The notes under the pieces are model-generated. The model saw only the letters and a list, made by a program, of their open reading frames with translations. It did no database searches and had not been told where the DNA came from. DNA of 64,000 nucleotides from Antedon mediterranea (taxonomy: Eukaryota; Animalia; Echinodermata). Below are positions 50,739-63,800 of this stretch, in pieces (the stretch's first letter is position 1; each line of letters begins with the position of its first letter). The stretch spans positions 27,980,871 through 28,044,870 of the forward strand of contig NC_092676.1 in the NCBI RefSeq assembly GCF_964355755.1. The letters are read 5' to 3'. Made by a program: the position numbers and the translations under genes.

Positions 50739-50988
50739 GATGACGATGATAAACATTACTTATGACTATCCATCACCGGTTTTTTCTTCTGGTCAAGTTG
50801 TAAATTAAAAAACCAAGTAATTATTTTACTTAATATTTCGCACTTAAATCACTGGATGGACTTCTCTACTGAAGGAAACGGAACATTATAGTACATGTGT
50901 ATCATGTGTACAGTGCTAATAAATACAATAATTTTACCCGTTCAATCTTGTTTATTATTTATACTATGGACACGATGAAACTATAATT

Positions 50989-51408
50989 TTAAGAATAAGC
51001 ATTTATTAAGCTGATTGCACTGTGTTCTTTAGCTTTCAGACGAAGTGCTGCGATGCTGTTTGTACGCCTTTCTGATTCACCAGAGAGAATTGGTGCTGGT
51101 GCGGCGGGCATTATAATGCCCGGATGACCATTAGAGATCATTGGTGAATTACTATATGGTACATGCGCAGACTGACTCGTCATGTTATTGATGTTGCTCA
51201 TATTCATGTTTGTCATGTGCGAAATGTTTGACAGATTAGCCATGGAATTCATTCCCATATAGTTCGGTAGGCCATTTTGTGCGACCATACATGACCCGTT
51301 TGACATAGACACAGACGGCGACTGCGCATAACCTCCTTGCATCGGACTCATTGTGTTGATTGAATTTATTCCGGCCATTTGCGGGGACCATCCATTAGAT
51401 GCAGTGAC
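50989..51408 (-). CDS. Alx: Alx gene B exon 4 (OAR domain, stop)
   Basis: tttctttatag|[13 protein letters not shown]...[15 protein letters not shown]...[28 protein letters not shown]. Confidence 0.93.
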   Translation of the reverse strand, partial: VTASNGWSPQMAGINSINTMSPMQGGYAQSPSVSMSNGSCMVAQNGLPNYMGMNSMANLSNISHMTNMNMSNINNMTSQSAHVPYSNSPMISNGHPGIIMPAAPAPILSGESERRTNSIAALRLKAKEHSAISLINAYS

Positions 51409-54400
51409 CTATAAAGAAATAGAAAATATGTTAAAAAGAAACCTGTCCAATATATTTCATTTATAAACTGAATAGGACTAATGAAAAAGTTTTAAAAACA
51501 ATTAATTATAGGCCTAGTCTAGACCAACTATAAAAGTAAGGATATCAGGACTATGGTTCAACCTCTTTGGATGCTTAGCAACACGATTTTGTTTACAGGG
51601 GTGGTCTGTCAATAACTATCATAACTTACTTGAGAGTAGGCGTCTGGTCTAGGCGCAATTGGCATTTCGTAGTTAGCTCCAGTGGCCATAGCTCGCATGC
51701 TGTTCAGCTGCCCGAACCTCTCACGCTTCCTCCACTTAGCTCTTCTATTTTGAAACCAAACCTTGAAAACAAAAACGAACAACGTGGGTTTAAATACAGA
51801 ACGCCAAGCATAATATCACGTATCAATATTATTGTATACAGTAGAAGTCCTCAAGCAAAAAAAAAAAAAATAACTATAAAGGTAATTAAAAATATTAGCT
51901 ACTTGATTGTTTTGAAATAAAAATTGAATTACGCCAAATTGTATTTGAAAACGATGGTGGCGCTGTGATGTAAACATTTACGTATGCTTACCAAGGTAAC
52001 ACTGAGGTGTCGGGTAAAGTATTAAGTTATAAACTATGGGAGCGATTTGTTTTTAAATCAATCAATAAGTTTAACCCCCGTGTACTAGAAGCTGCCCTTT
52101 TTCTAGACACCAAGATCCCGTCAAGGTCGCCTATGAAATACGACCAGGCCTATCGTCAAGGTTCTGGAAATTATAAAAGCCATTTTTAGATAGTTTCTTG
52201 TATAGTTCTGTTGTCTTGGAATCAACTACTCGCATCCCGGGGGATCTGTTCTACAAATATTCGGTTCAAGCCTACCATGAAACGATTTATGGAATGAGCA
52301 CGTGCAGTTTTGTACTTTCTTTTTTGACTTGAGGCAATAAAATTGTTTTTAGATACCAGGAAACAAAAATGTTCATATTTTAAGATTATTACATTTGAAA
52401 TATTATATAACATTGAAATACGCCCTAAAGAATGTGGCCAATTGGCTGCCAAAATAAACGCATTCTTAAATTAACCAAAGCACAAAAAGCATCTTTCAAT
52501 ACAGGTTTATGAATAATAATATCACTGTATTTACAGCACAAAACTGTCAAAATCAGAATAGGAAGATTTACAATGAAGAAAACCTAAACGTTACGGTTGG
52601 AGAATATTAATCACGTGCTATTTTTTATTTTGCTATATTAGTTTACAAACAATCCATAATGACCTAGCCTACTCACTTGTTGTAACCCAACAATTGTTCT
52701 ACTGTAAAAATTACTAAGATCTAGACATTAATAGAAACAGACTGTTATTCTCCTCATGTCATCATAGTATAAATTGGTTATGAATAATACAAGATGATGT
52801 CAAATCCTTAGAAATACAATTACTTGCACGTGGTTGTCGGCAAGTCTTAGAAATATGATATTGAAATGTAAACGTGTGTATTTCTTGTTAAATGTATCTA
52901 TGTACACTGATGCAGTTCGTGCAGAATGTTCAGCCTGAAAGCTTTATCTGTAAGTCTATCATCATCAAAACGAAATAATGTTATGTTTTACATGTTCCAG
53001 ACTTGCTCTCAAGGATATTATCAAATCGTGAGGAGATACAACAAGAGTGCGTACAAAAATTGACGGCGTATAATCAGATTTCGTACGCGCGCGTTTTGTA
53101 CGTGTCTCTTCACGATGGTTGTACGCGATACAATTATTATTTAATAATTGGAGATTAAAGTTCAGATGCATTTGACGATTTTTCTGAAGACTTACGAATA
53201 AAACATTGGGTACCAACCAGATGGAAAAACTACTTTGGTACTAGAGTATGATAAAGTACTAAACGTTCTAAAATGTTTTACTTCCGATCATTTAAACTCG
53301 TATTAAGAACCCATTACTTGTTTACGTAACACTTCAGGACAGGGTATATTTCATTCACTTGTTGACCACATGTGTCAGAAGGTGTGAATAGAGGAAATGG
53401 TCAACAGTTTTTGATGAGGATTTCTATCTGATGTCCTTGAAAATGGTCTTATCTCCTTCATCGCTGTTACGTTTCTACCCAGATGCACCGAGAAGTGTCG
53501 CCAACATGTCTGCACATCGCAGAACTCAACCTGCGCAACTTGTAACCGGGCGTTTCTTACCACCTGTGAAAACTAGCCTAACTTTTAAAACGAAGGCTAG
53601 AATTATTGTTTTTAAAGATTAGACCCGCTGCACACTGAGAAATGACCAATTTAATCTCATTTTAGTATCTTAATTTACAACTTTTAAACTAACCTATAAC
53701 AATAACTGCGTCGATAATTAGTATCGCTTATCTTTATCAATTACAATACGCTGGTTTAAAACAACTTTTGAGATTAAAGAAACATATACTCATATATTAT
53801 GTTACTGATTCAAACATACGTAATCGGTTCTTTAAATCTAGATTTTGTTTCTATCTATCAACATTGGATTCGTATTAAAATGAACTACGTTTTTAAATAC
53901 TAAATAACAATTTTTTTTCAACATTAATTAAATACAATCAATAAAATTAAACATTCATTAAATGTCATCGGGATATAAATATTCAACTTTATTTAGGGCC
54001 TAGCTAGTAGAAATTATTACATATATATTATATTACATTGAATGAATAATAAAACATAAATATACATGTTTCCGTCAACATGAAACCAACAATTTGTTTT
54101 GGATCTCAAAATCGACATGGTCTATCTATTAAATGGTTCAATGAAATCCCAAATTAGGTCAAACGCTTTTAAAAACGATGTTTTTACATTTTATGTTTGG
54201 TCTCCCATGTAGCAATCTCTGATGTGATTGTACTTTCGTAGGGAGTTGAATTCTACGACTCTATAGCCTCAAGACGCAATTACAATTGAATGGATCAATT
54301 CCCTCAAGATATAGACGATGAGGTTTTCGGTAACTGTTATATCGGAGAGTTAACAAATATCTGGTTATGATGGGTACTACAGTATTTCCGACGGATAGAA

Positions 54401-57400
54401 CACTAAAGTTTCATTAGCAAACCACGAAGAAATTATTTATCAATGATTATAAATAATATTGTTAACAAAAAACAAAATGTTTAGCAATATATACTTTAAA
54501 ACTTTCGATTTACTGTAGGTAAATTAAAAGAACGTTCCTTGTTACAAACATTAATTAAATGGTTACTAGTTGTAAATTACCAATTATACATTGGCACAGA
54601 CCTTCATTGATAACGCTCTTGTTAGTTTAACGATATCCAAAAAAGAAATTATTAATTTCATCAATTTAATCTGAACAACTTCAATTCAACAGATTGTTTC
54701 GTTGGTAGGTCTACTACTACCCGCCGGCGGGGAATTAATGGCTCGTGCGATCTTAATAACATAATGATAATGCCAATTAAAGTTAAATAACATGCATTAT
54801 GGGTAATTTCATACCAATGTCTCTATCATCGCAGCACCAATGGCTTACCAAATTTTTCTCAAAATGCTAAAGAAATTAGATAAAAATATTTGAATTTGAG
54901 TACTTTTCAATGAATTATTTTTTTGGATTTCAGTGGGATTTGAAATTCTTAGTCTTGCTCTTTTCTCATCATGTATAGTACTTTGTGGGATTTCTAATGC
55001 TGCATGTTTCTCACACTTTTTAAGGATAAAATTGGATAGTTTAGAAGAAGGAATACATTTCAGTGACGTGTTGAAAGTTTATAATCTTCTTATTCAGTAT
55101 GGCATCGATTGAAATAATATTAAAGTGTGTCGCAGTCAACAGATAATTTATAAATGGAGTGGAAACACGATGTGATGTGAAACAAGTTTTTTTGTGTCAT
55201 CGTTTTAGACGTCTGTGATCGAATAATTATTATACAAAAATAAATCGGCTTATTATAATATAAACACTAATAAAACAGAAAGTTTTGTGTAAATTTAAAC
55301 GTTCTGATTCCAACAATTTTATAAACATTTTATAAATAATAATTTGGTTTTTTGGGGGGGGGGGGGGGGTGGGGGAATCTTTTTTTTCGTTTGGTTACTG
55401 AACAATCTTACACAATACAGAAATCACGTGAGTGTCGTAAATAAAGTTGGACACGGATCTTACAATTTATTTTAAAAGCAATCGTTTGAGAAGGAATCCG
55501 AAGGTCAGACTAGAGTAAATTATGGATAATTCAATTGAGCTATTAAACAGAAGTTTTAAGTACTCATAAATGTTTTCCACTTTAAGTCCATTGTTGTACT
55601 ATTGCCCCTTATTCATTAACGATTTTTCAATAATGGGAGTTTCAATAATGATATCCATACAAAGTATATTGTTTTCAAAATTAATCATTTACTTTGAAAA
55701 ATACTAGTTATCCATGCTAATAATAACTGATAGATTACAGTAAACAAATGAACTGTACTTTTCTACATCAAGACTGTTTTAGATATAATTTATCTGTAAT
55801 ATGTTATAAATACGTGGTAAAATCACGTATTTTGAGCAGGTATACTATACCGGATAAAATTATGCGATTATGAGGATTAGGTGCTTCAGTCCTATCAAGG
55901 AATTTATTCAATCATCTTTAAGATGTATTATTTCCAAAGGGAGTGAAAACTCTATGTACTAACCTTCGGTCGGTATCCCTCTACTGCTTTCATGAGAGAT
56001 GTAATTTATTTGTAAAGTCGACAGTGGGTGAGATACTTATATAATGATTTTGGCGTTCCATAGTTTAAGTGTATAGATGGAAATATAATAGGAATACTGG
56101 AATACTGCACTAGGCGAATTACAATTTCTGAGCTGCCGCCGTTTCGCAGCATCAGTCACAAAAAGAGCAGGAAAAGATAGAAGAATGGAAGATAGCAACA
56201 ATTTTAAGAACAAATTTTGTATATTTTCGGTACACATCTCCGATTCTAAAATAACTTTCTATGCAAACGTTTACATGTGCTCAAATCGTCAACATACCAA
56301 ATATCTTCAGTGACTTGAATTGTAGATGACCTTTCTTTAAGTTTTACCGACATATGGAGAAACCACGAGTATATCAATTCTTACGGAGATATATGAGACC
56401 AGGTGCGGACTCTATGCACATGTTTCACTTGTTTTTCAACATGACTTTCATCTAAATTTGCCAATATATGAACAATGTCATAAATTTGTTACAGGGTCGA
56501 AAAAGACTACAAGGTTTTGGAAACAATAGTGACAGAGTTTAAACTAATATGTTGCATCTTGGATTTCACCTAATTTTTAGTACATAAATATTAGTGTAGA
56601 TGATTGATGCACGTGGCTAACCGCTGTTTGCCTACAATAACTCCTCCATAACGTTTACATTCCAAATGGTTATACTGTATCAATTAAAAGTGAATGACAT
56701 TTTAAAAGAATTGGCATAGGCCTACATCAAAAAGACTTACGGTAGCCTACAAGTAAATAATTCTGTTCTATAAGTTGTATTTAAACCTATTGCTTTAAAT
56801 AAGCCTACTCTAAGCACAACCAAAACTGGTAAAACAAAAATTTTTAACAAAATTAAAGATTAAAATGCCTTGCAGCGGTACTATGCGTACCATTAGAGAA
56901 TATGCCTACACATTCCATTCAGGGGTACAAAAAGGGTCCATTAATAGAGTAACCATCCCTAATTTATTAATTAATAAGTCTGTGTGCGCAACAGATTTGC
57001 GAGTCTGAACAGTAATTAATTTTCTGATTAAGACGAGTGTTAATTCCATTTGTAGCTGTTTGGTCAAACAGGATTCTTTGAATGCCTAACTCAGCGGCGA
57101 GTGCCAGTAGCTACATACAACAATACCACACTTTTCTTATTATAATATACACATGTTATAATCTAGGTTCACATAATGCAATTATATAGGAGATTAAACA
57201 TAATTAGTATTATTATTTAGAATAATAACTCTATGATTTGTACTGAATAAATTTATGGACATAATACTATGATATACTTTTATTTAAATGTCTATATTAA
57301 TTAAAGTTTTTTTCTCATTTTTGTTTATTGTTATTTAGTTTTCATTATCATCATATTGCTAATTATACAACTATCCAAATAAATTAGCATAAATTAACAT

Positions 57401-60175
57401 AATTTATAAACTTGTTTCAATTTTATATTATATTATCAAAATGCTTAAATTTCTTATATATTAATTGCTATACAATATTTAGTTAACATTTATTATTTAT
57501 AATGTTTGGAGTACATGAATACTCAGGTATTGCGCTATATGTACAGTAGTAAATGAAAACAAAATCTTTAAATCATTAATTAATATTCAATTCAATAATT
57601 CTATTTGCAATTGATTTGTTCCTCCATCAATCAAAATGATCAAATGTAACATTGGATACATCTTATAGTAAGTTGCCATTGTTTTGACATGCATGATAGA
57701 CTGTTATGTTGATAGAATGACATGATGTATGCGACAAAGACAGTGCTCTAGAATCAACATCTAAACTACGAAGGACGAACTCACGGATCTAAATCGATAT
57801 GTAAACATTACAATTAATTTACTATTTACTTAAATTAAAGTTATTAGGAAATATGGATTGTATACTATTTTTCTGATGATTAAATTTTAATGTTAGAAAA
57901 TGGCCCAATAGTTTACAGTACTGTATATGATTACAGTTGATTCTAAATAACCTAGACCCGTGACTGTCAATCTTGGTTAACAAGTATTTAATAAGTTTCA
58001 ATGATACAAAATGTTTATGAAATTGTATTATAGAATTGTTCTGAACTAAATTTAGAATCACTAAAAAGGTATAAATACGCAGTATCAATGTATAATCATT
58101 ATGATATACGCTAAAGTACTAGTAGTCGTACTTAGTGTGCATTAATTCTCAAGTACTCCGTTATTATATCAACAAATCGAATGTTTGCCTGGACGTACAA
58201 TATCTGGTACCCTACTTGTTAATTCATTAAGCTATTTGATAATATCTTGTAAAGTCAATTGACGTAAGTGGAATATTATATTTGAAGTTTGTTCGAGAAC
58301 ATTAAGAAGGCAGAACCAGTATCAAAGCACTTGAAACATCCAGGATTTTAACAAACTCTTTCTGTTAAGTGATTTAATAGTACATGCTACCAAAGCCGTC
58401 TGTTTGATATAAGGCCATTTATACAATTGTCAAGCGTTTGATTTTATATTGTCAAAAATGAACGTTTATTTAATGATGTTAATACTTGTACAGGTTAGAC
58501 TGAGTAAACTGATTCCTATTGTATTGTATGAGTTAAATTGTTGTATTATTAGTGAATCAATTTAAAAAGATAGAATTCATTGATACTGTTGATATGGTAA
58601 AAGAAAAAGTTAAAAATATTGAGTGCGAAAAAAGTTAAAATATTGAGTGCGATAAAATATAGGTATTTTTTCGTATAGAATTATTTTTTAAACTGATATA
58701 ATCATCGGAATAAATTGTTAATATCAGAAATGTTTGTAAATAACTGTATTATTGTATAAAGGCTAAAGAACAAGCATATTAATCTCTTCATTTTTGGCTC
58801 TTTCCCCTGGGTCGCTAGTATCCAACCCCTAACAGCGTCATGCAACAGCAGCCATAAGGGCTTTTCCCATAGCACCGAAGTGTGATACCCAAAAGTACTG
58901 TTTTCTATTACTCGATAGTGTAGGAAGTCGTGACTATGGCATTTCATCAGGTATTGTCTGAATAACAGGAAGAGAGAATCTACATAGGAAATTCACTCAA
59001 ATAGCTAATATTGTCAAAACTACAAAGGAGATCTTATTATTTTACGAACAAAGACTCAAAAGTTTGAAACTTTAAAAGTTACGAATAACTGTCAAAAGCC
59101 AAATAATTAATATAAAGTGCTATATTTAGTACTGTAGTTAAAGGGATTTTTTTATACAATTATTTTTTCAGATAAGACAATTTTCTGAACAAAAATTTGG
59201 TCTGATGCGCAACATTTTGTTTTTAAATATTATAATTAATAATCTTTGAAAAGCTATTTTAAAAAATTCTAAATTAATTACAGTACTTTACTTTATAAAC
59301 AAATAGAATCACATTAAAAAATTGTTTAAAAATATTTTTGGTGAATTAAATTGCTTTGCGCATTAGTTAGGCCAAATATATATGCTTAGCTTAAAGTACT
59401 TGATTTTTCATTATATTTAGAAGATTTAGTCTGATAAATAATGTTATATATATAAATAATAAAGAGTATAAAGAGACGATTTAAGTATAGGAGGCCTACT
59501 TGAATTATAGTAACGTGGTAGAAATTTAAATTCTTTGTTGTGTGCATGCTTTTCCCTAAATGTGATGCCCCATACTGGGTCTGTAGCCCCAACCTTGATC
59601 TCAACGTATACATAGCATTTTTACGCCAAATATGTATTTCTGAACTATATTTTGTAATCACGTTATCGTTAAATGCCTATTATTGAAATACAACACCTAT
59701 ACATAACATTCTCACAGTATTCTATACATTTATGCTAAATTTACATTATAATTACTGGTATCGTGTGGTGGATAATGAGTGTTATTTATTAAGAAAACAA
59801 TATAATTTGGTTATGTTCTCACCTGTACTCTAGCCTCCGTCAAGTCGCAGCGAAGTGCCAATTGCTCTCTGGCATAAACGTCTGGATAATGTGTCTTTTG
59901 GAATACTCTTTCCATTTCTTCAAGTTGGAAACTTGTAAAGGTTGTTCTGTTTCGTCTTTTTTTCCTCTTGGTTCCATCTTCACTCCCTGGAGATTTCCCA
60001 TTATCCGATGCTGTTTCTGAATTAATCGAGTCCCCACTTTGAATCTCGTCTAAAGTGTCAGACTTTTCAATCGTTTCTGATGTGTGTAGATCCTCTCCGT
60101 TAGCCATTTTATTTTCTTTAAATTTCGTTTCGATTTTACAGGGTAAGTTAATTAAATCTGACTCTTCTATGAATT
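50989..60175 (-). CDS. Alx: Alx-family homeobox gene B, tandem paralog, first exon uncertain; complement(join(50989..51408,51630..51761,59823..60175))
   Basis: Homeodomain [46 protein letters not shown]|[14 protein letters not shown] (58/60 identical to gene A), [35 protein letters not shown]; same intron positions and phases as gene A. Confidence 0.92.
51630..51761 (-). CDS. Alx: Alx gene B exon 3 (132 nt; absent from ORF track)
   Basis: gttttcaag|[44 protein letters not shown]|gtaagt. Confidence 0.95.
55354..55375 (+). repeat. Poly-G tract (G16-T-G5), G-quadruplex capable, gene B intron
   Basis: Directly visible. Confidence 0.9.
58604..58651. repeat. 24-bp tandem duplication AAAAAGTTAAAATATTGAGTGCG x2
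   Basis: Directly visible. Confidence 0.9.
59823..60175 (-). CDS. Alx: Alx gene B exon 2 (homeodomain 1-46)
   Basis: Acceptor gtttactttcag|AA (phase 1) keeps the frame open: [28 protein letters not shown]...EARVQ|gtgaga. The 3' boundary is firm, the 5' boundary likely. Confidence 0.9.
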
Positions 60176-60422
60176 CTGAAAGTAAACACCATACTACATG
60201 TCAAGCATACGACGTTGTTTACCAAATCCATATACAATTATTTAGGCTTAAGTGACAAATTGTTTATTCAATATTATTATTTTATTATATACAGTACCTA
60301 CCTACCGTACCTAACTAACCTAACTAAGCAACTAGTGATTAAGAAGGAATGAAAATAAAAAATATCATACTTCCTTTACCCATTACTCCTCAACCAATGT
60401 ATAGAGAAAAAAACATACTTAC

Positions 60423-60441
60423 CGTAGATCATCCATGACAT
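60423..60441 (-). CDS. Candidate micro first coding exon of Alx gene B (MSWMIY+g)
   Basis: Minus strand ATG TCA TGG ATG ATC TAC G|gtaagt: consensus donor in phase 1, compatible with exon 2; MIY matches the start of gene A. Confidence 0.35.
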
Positions 60442-60747
60442 AAGCTGTCAAAGAATTCCATTATTGAAAACATCAATAATGTCATTATTAATTAGTGACA
60501 GTAGTAGCTATATTATAATAAGTAGTACAGCAGTGTAACTAATTTAAAAAGATAATGTAACGAATGCTTACGTATAGGGTCAAACTAAAATTCTCAAGCA
60601 GGTCAAACGATAGGTCGAACTTGATGCTACAACTTTTCTAAAACTTCTGTAATGATTACTACTGATCAAAGTAGTTAATTGTCAAGTAACGTTAACAATG
60701 AAGACGAGTTTAGAACCACACTTCACGACTCCTCACGCTTGTATGAA

Positions 60748-60820
60748 CCAATCGCTGTTAATCCCAGACTATTGGTGGCTTTATCCGTGACGTAGTGTTC
60801 ACTGGTCCAGTGACGTCACA
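60748..60820. promoter_or_regulatory. Promoter-like cluster (two CCAAT boxes, CRE half-site and full TGACGTCA) upstream of Alx gene B
   Basis: CCAAT 60748-60752, ATTGG 60771-60775, TGACGT near 60788, GTGACGTCAC 60810-60819; motif presence only. Confidence 0.3.
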
Positions 60821-63800
60821 CAGTTTTGGTATTGATAAAAAATATGGGACGATAATCTACTAAATGGTGTACACCTCTTTTTATATATCTATAAATACTT
60901 TATACGTTATTGTCAAATTTTAACAAAGTGATAGAAAAAAAAAGGTGAGGTTTAGGACCAGAAAGTTTTATAAAAATATTACGAATGAAAAAAACATTTT
61001 TGTTAGAAATAATTAAGAGAACTGTAAACTTATCAATCAATGTACATGGTAATATTTTTAAAATAAAAGTATATCAAAGCTGTACTAATAAATATACAAT
61101 ATTCTTAAGAATATTTAAGGATCAAACCAGTAAAAAAAATGGTGATTTGGCGCCATGGTGAAAATATGTTCTTTCTTTTAGAAATAAATAAATTCAAATT
61201 TGTCTAGTCAACAGATGATGCATACTCTGTAACCGGTATCTATATGTCTCATTGATTATTAAACCACGGAAATGTGAGATATGTATTTCTTAATCAGATA
61301 CGTGTGTTTGACATACAATATAATATTCTAAAATCCAACAAATTGGTTTTCAAAGTGGCCAATTTACCTTTGCATGAAAAACAAAACTTATGTTCAAGAA
61401 CTAATTGCCCGAGCGAACTTGAGTCACAATAAAAAACAATTCATTCAAAAAACACAATAACAATTTTTAAACAAAAAAATAGCAAATAAATAATATTAAA
61501 CCAAGTTTTAATCCCTTTATGAAACCTGTTCAACTTATCAAATTATTTTTAGTCTTCCTGTGTCACTGGTTTACGATATCCTTTCAATCGACTTCTTTGT
61601 TGCTTTAAACCGTGAAAGCAATCGGCTTATACTAGAACAACGAATTATTTACTTAGTATTGTTAGCTCAATCCGTAATTACATACCTAGAAATACGTATA
61701 ACGTTTCACGAAGATATTTATATCAATAGTAATGCACTTTAAGATGACATGCAATAGGTTTACCAAGATGTGTGAAACTTTATTTATTATCTGATACGTT
61801 AGGATCTCTCGGAAAAAACCAAGAAGAACAGTTTAAACCACGTCATAATAACGTTTTCACAAAATTTTTTGTTATGATAATCATAATTAAAAGAAAACTT
61901 AGTTTGGACTAATTGTACAATACAAGAAAAATCTTTGGTAAAATAGTCTTACAAAAAAGGAAAAAAAGAAATTTATAAATGGACATCTTCACAGTATATT
62001 GTCCTTTTCAACTTGCAATCTACTCCTTTAATCTTAGTGTTCAAATATCGATACAATAAAGCTTCTTTATTAACCTTTAAATTAGTTATACTATTCATGA
62101 ATTACGGCAAACAATGCAGGTAGGTACATTCACAATATAAAGATGACTATAGATTGACTTGTATCAGAATGAGCGTGTACATCTGCAACCTGCGTGGCTA
62201 GGCTGATGCTACGCGCATCATGAGGTCATACTATGCTTTTACTCGCGGCTTGACTTGTATTTCTTGGGCAACCCCAGCGCGATCTCAATTAACGGAAACC
62301 GTAGGAGAATGACAAAAAATAGCATTGAGGAACCTATACTGTTTTCCTTACACTGCTACGCCTCTTGGATCAACTAACGTTGGAATCATCAAAATCAACA
62401 AATACAGACGTGCAAAGAAAACAGATCTATTTTCCATGAGAAAAAGTACAGTAAAGGGAGCAAGTATGGCGAGCGAGTTGACTGTACTATTTGTTAATCA
62501 AAGTAAAAGATCTGTCGAACCTTACAATGAAAGTAATAATTATTCGAATGCGTCTAAATTGTCATATTTAGATGCATTAAGCCTATTGTCATAATAAACT
62601 GCGTACAACTGGGGATATATTTCTTCAAATAAATAAATAAATTAAAAAAACAAAACAATTTCCTCTCTAGATGTAACAAATACATACAAATAATATATAG
62701 CCTAACAAATAATATATAAACAAATATAAAAAATTATAACAATACAATCTGTGATAAATATTTAGAAATAACCTTTGTTTATTTATTTTGATGATCTAAA
62801 TTCGATGGTTGATTTATTTTTTCTCAGACTTAAAGGTATATTGTATATGTATTTGTTATGTCAAAGGTCTCAATGAAAAAATGAATACATGGGAACATCA
62901 AGAGATATAATATTATAATAATAATAATATTAATTAAGAACAAAGATGAGACCTAGACAGATACACAAAGACAAAGGATGACACGCACGTCATTCATTAA
63001 ATTATCCAAAACTTTCAGAAACGACGCAACTGATAAAACTGACTATTGGAACGTCAAATATCCTCCCGATTGGACAACTCCTTGAAGCCAGACGATTTGT
63101 GCTAATCAAATTTACGTAAAAGTCTAGTCGTGTTAACAATGACCGCGATAAATGCACTGTAATTATGGACTCTAACCAGGCTTAAGTTGCCATTTAATAA
63201 GACGGGGCATGATGTGTTATGTATACCGCCGGGAGATACGCTGTCTTCTTGTTCTTATGTAACAGTATAAGCCAGGGCCAGTATATATTGTGTATTACGT
63301 AATGATATGAGGAGCTGGGTAAAGCAGGGAGGTATAAAAATATACCCCCTGAACAAAGTAAATAAATGCGTATTTATTTAAACCGGTCCCTATTAATAAT
63401 GTATAGGTCCATGCATACCAAAACAAAACAAGATAAATAAATAAAATGAATATTTTGTTTAAATTATCTTATTTTTTACAATAAAAATAAAATTTACTTA
63501 TATAGAACAATAGGGTGTTACAAAGACAAAAGATATGTTTTATCATAATTTTATGATTATTTTTGCAGATTAAAAAATGACTAGAATCAAACGTATGAGG
63601 GCTTTTGTGTACTTCCTTTGTAAATTGTCTTTGTTATAAGTCGTACCCTACACTCAAGGCTGGCCCTCTCAACAACTCCCCCAATATGACCATTCAGCAC
63701 GAATTTCTCCGTTATCTGACCGCAAAATCTGCTTTTGCACATCTCAAAAGTTTGTGGAATTGAGGGCGTTGGTATAGAAAATGAACGTGACTTATAGAAG

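Noticed and set aside
10959-62594. Remaining 60-120 aa ORFs in introns and intergenic DNA
   Set aside because: They have the F/I/L/Y/K-rich composition expected from AT-rich non-coding DNA, often non-ATG starts, and no motifs or splice-consistent partners.
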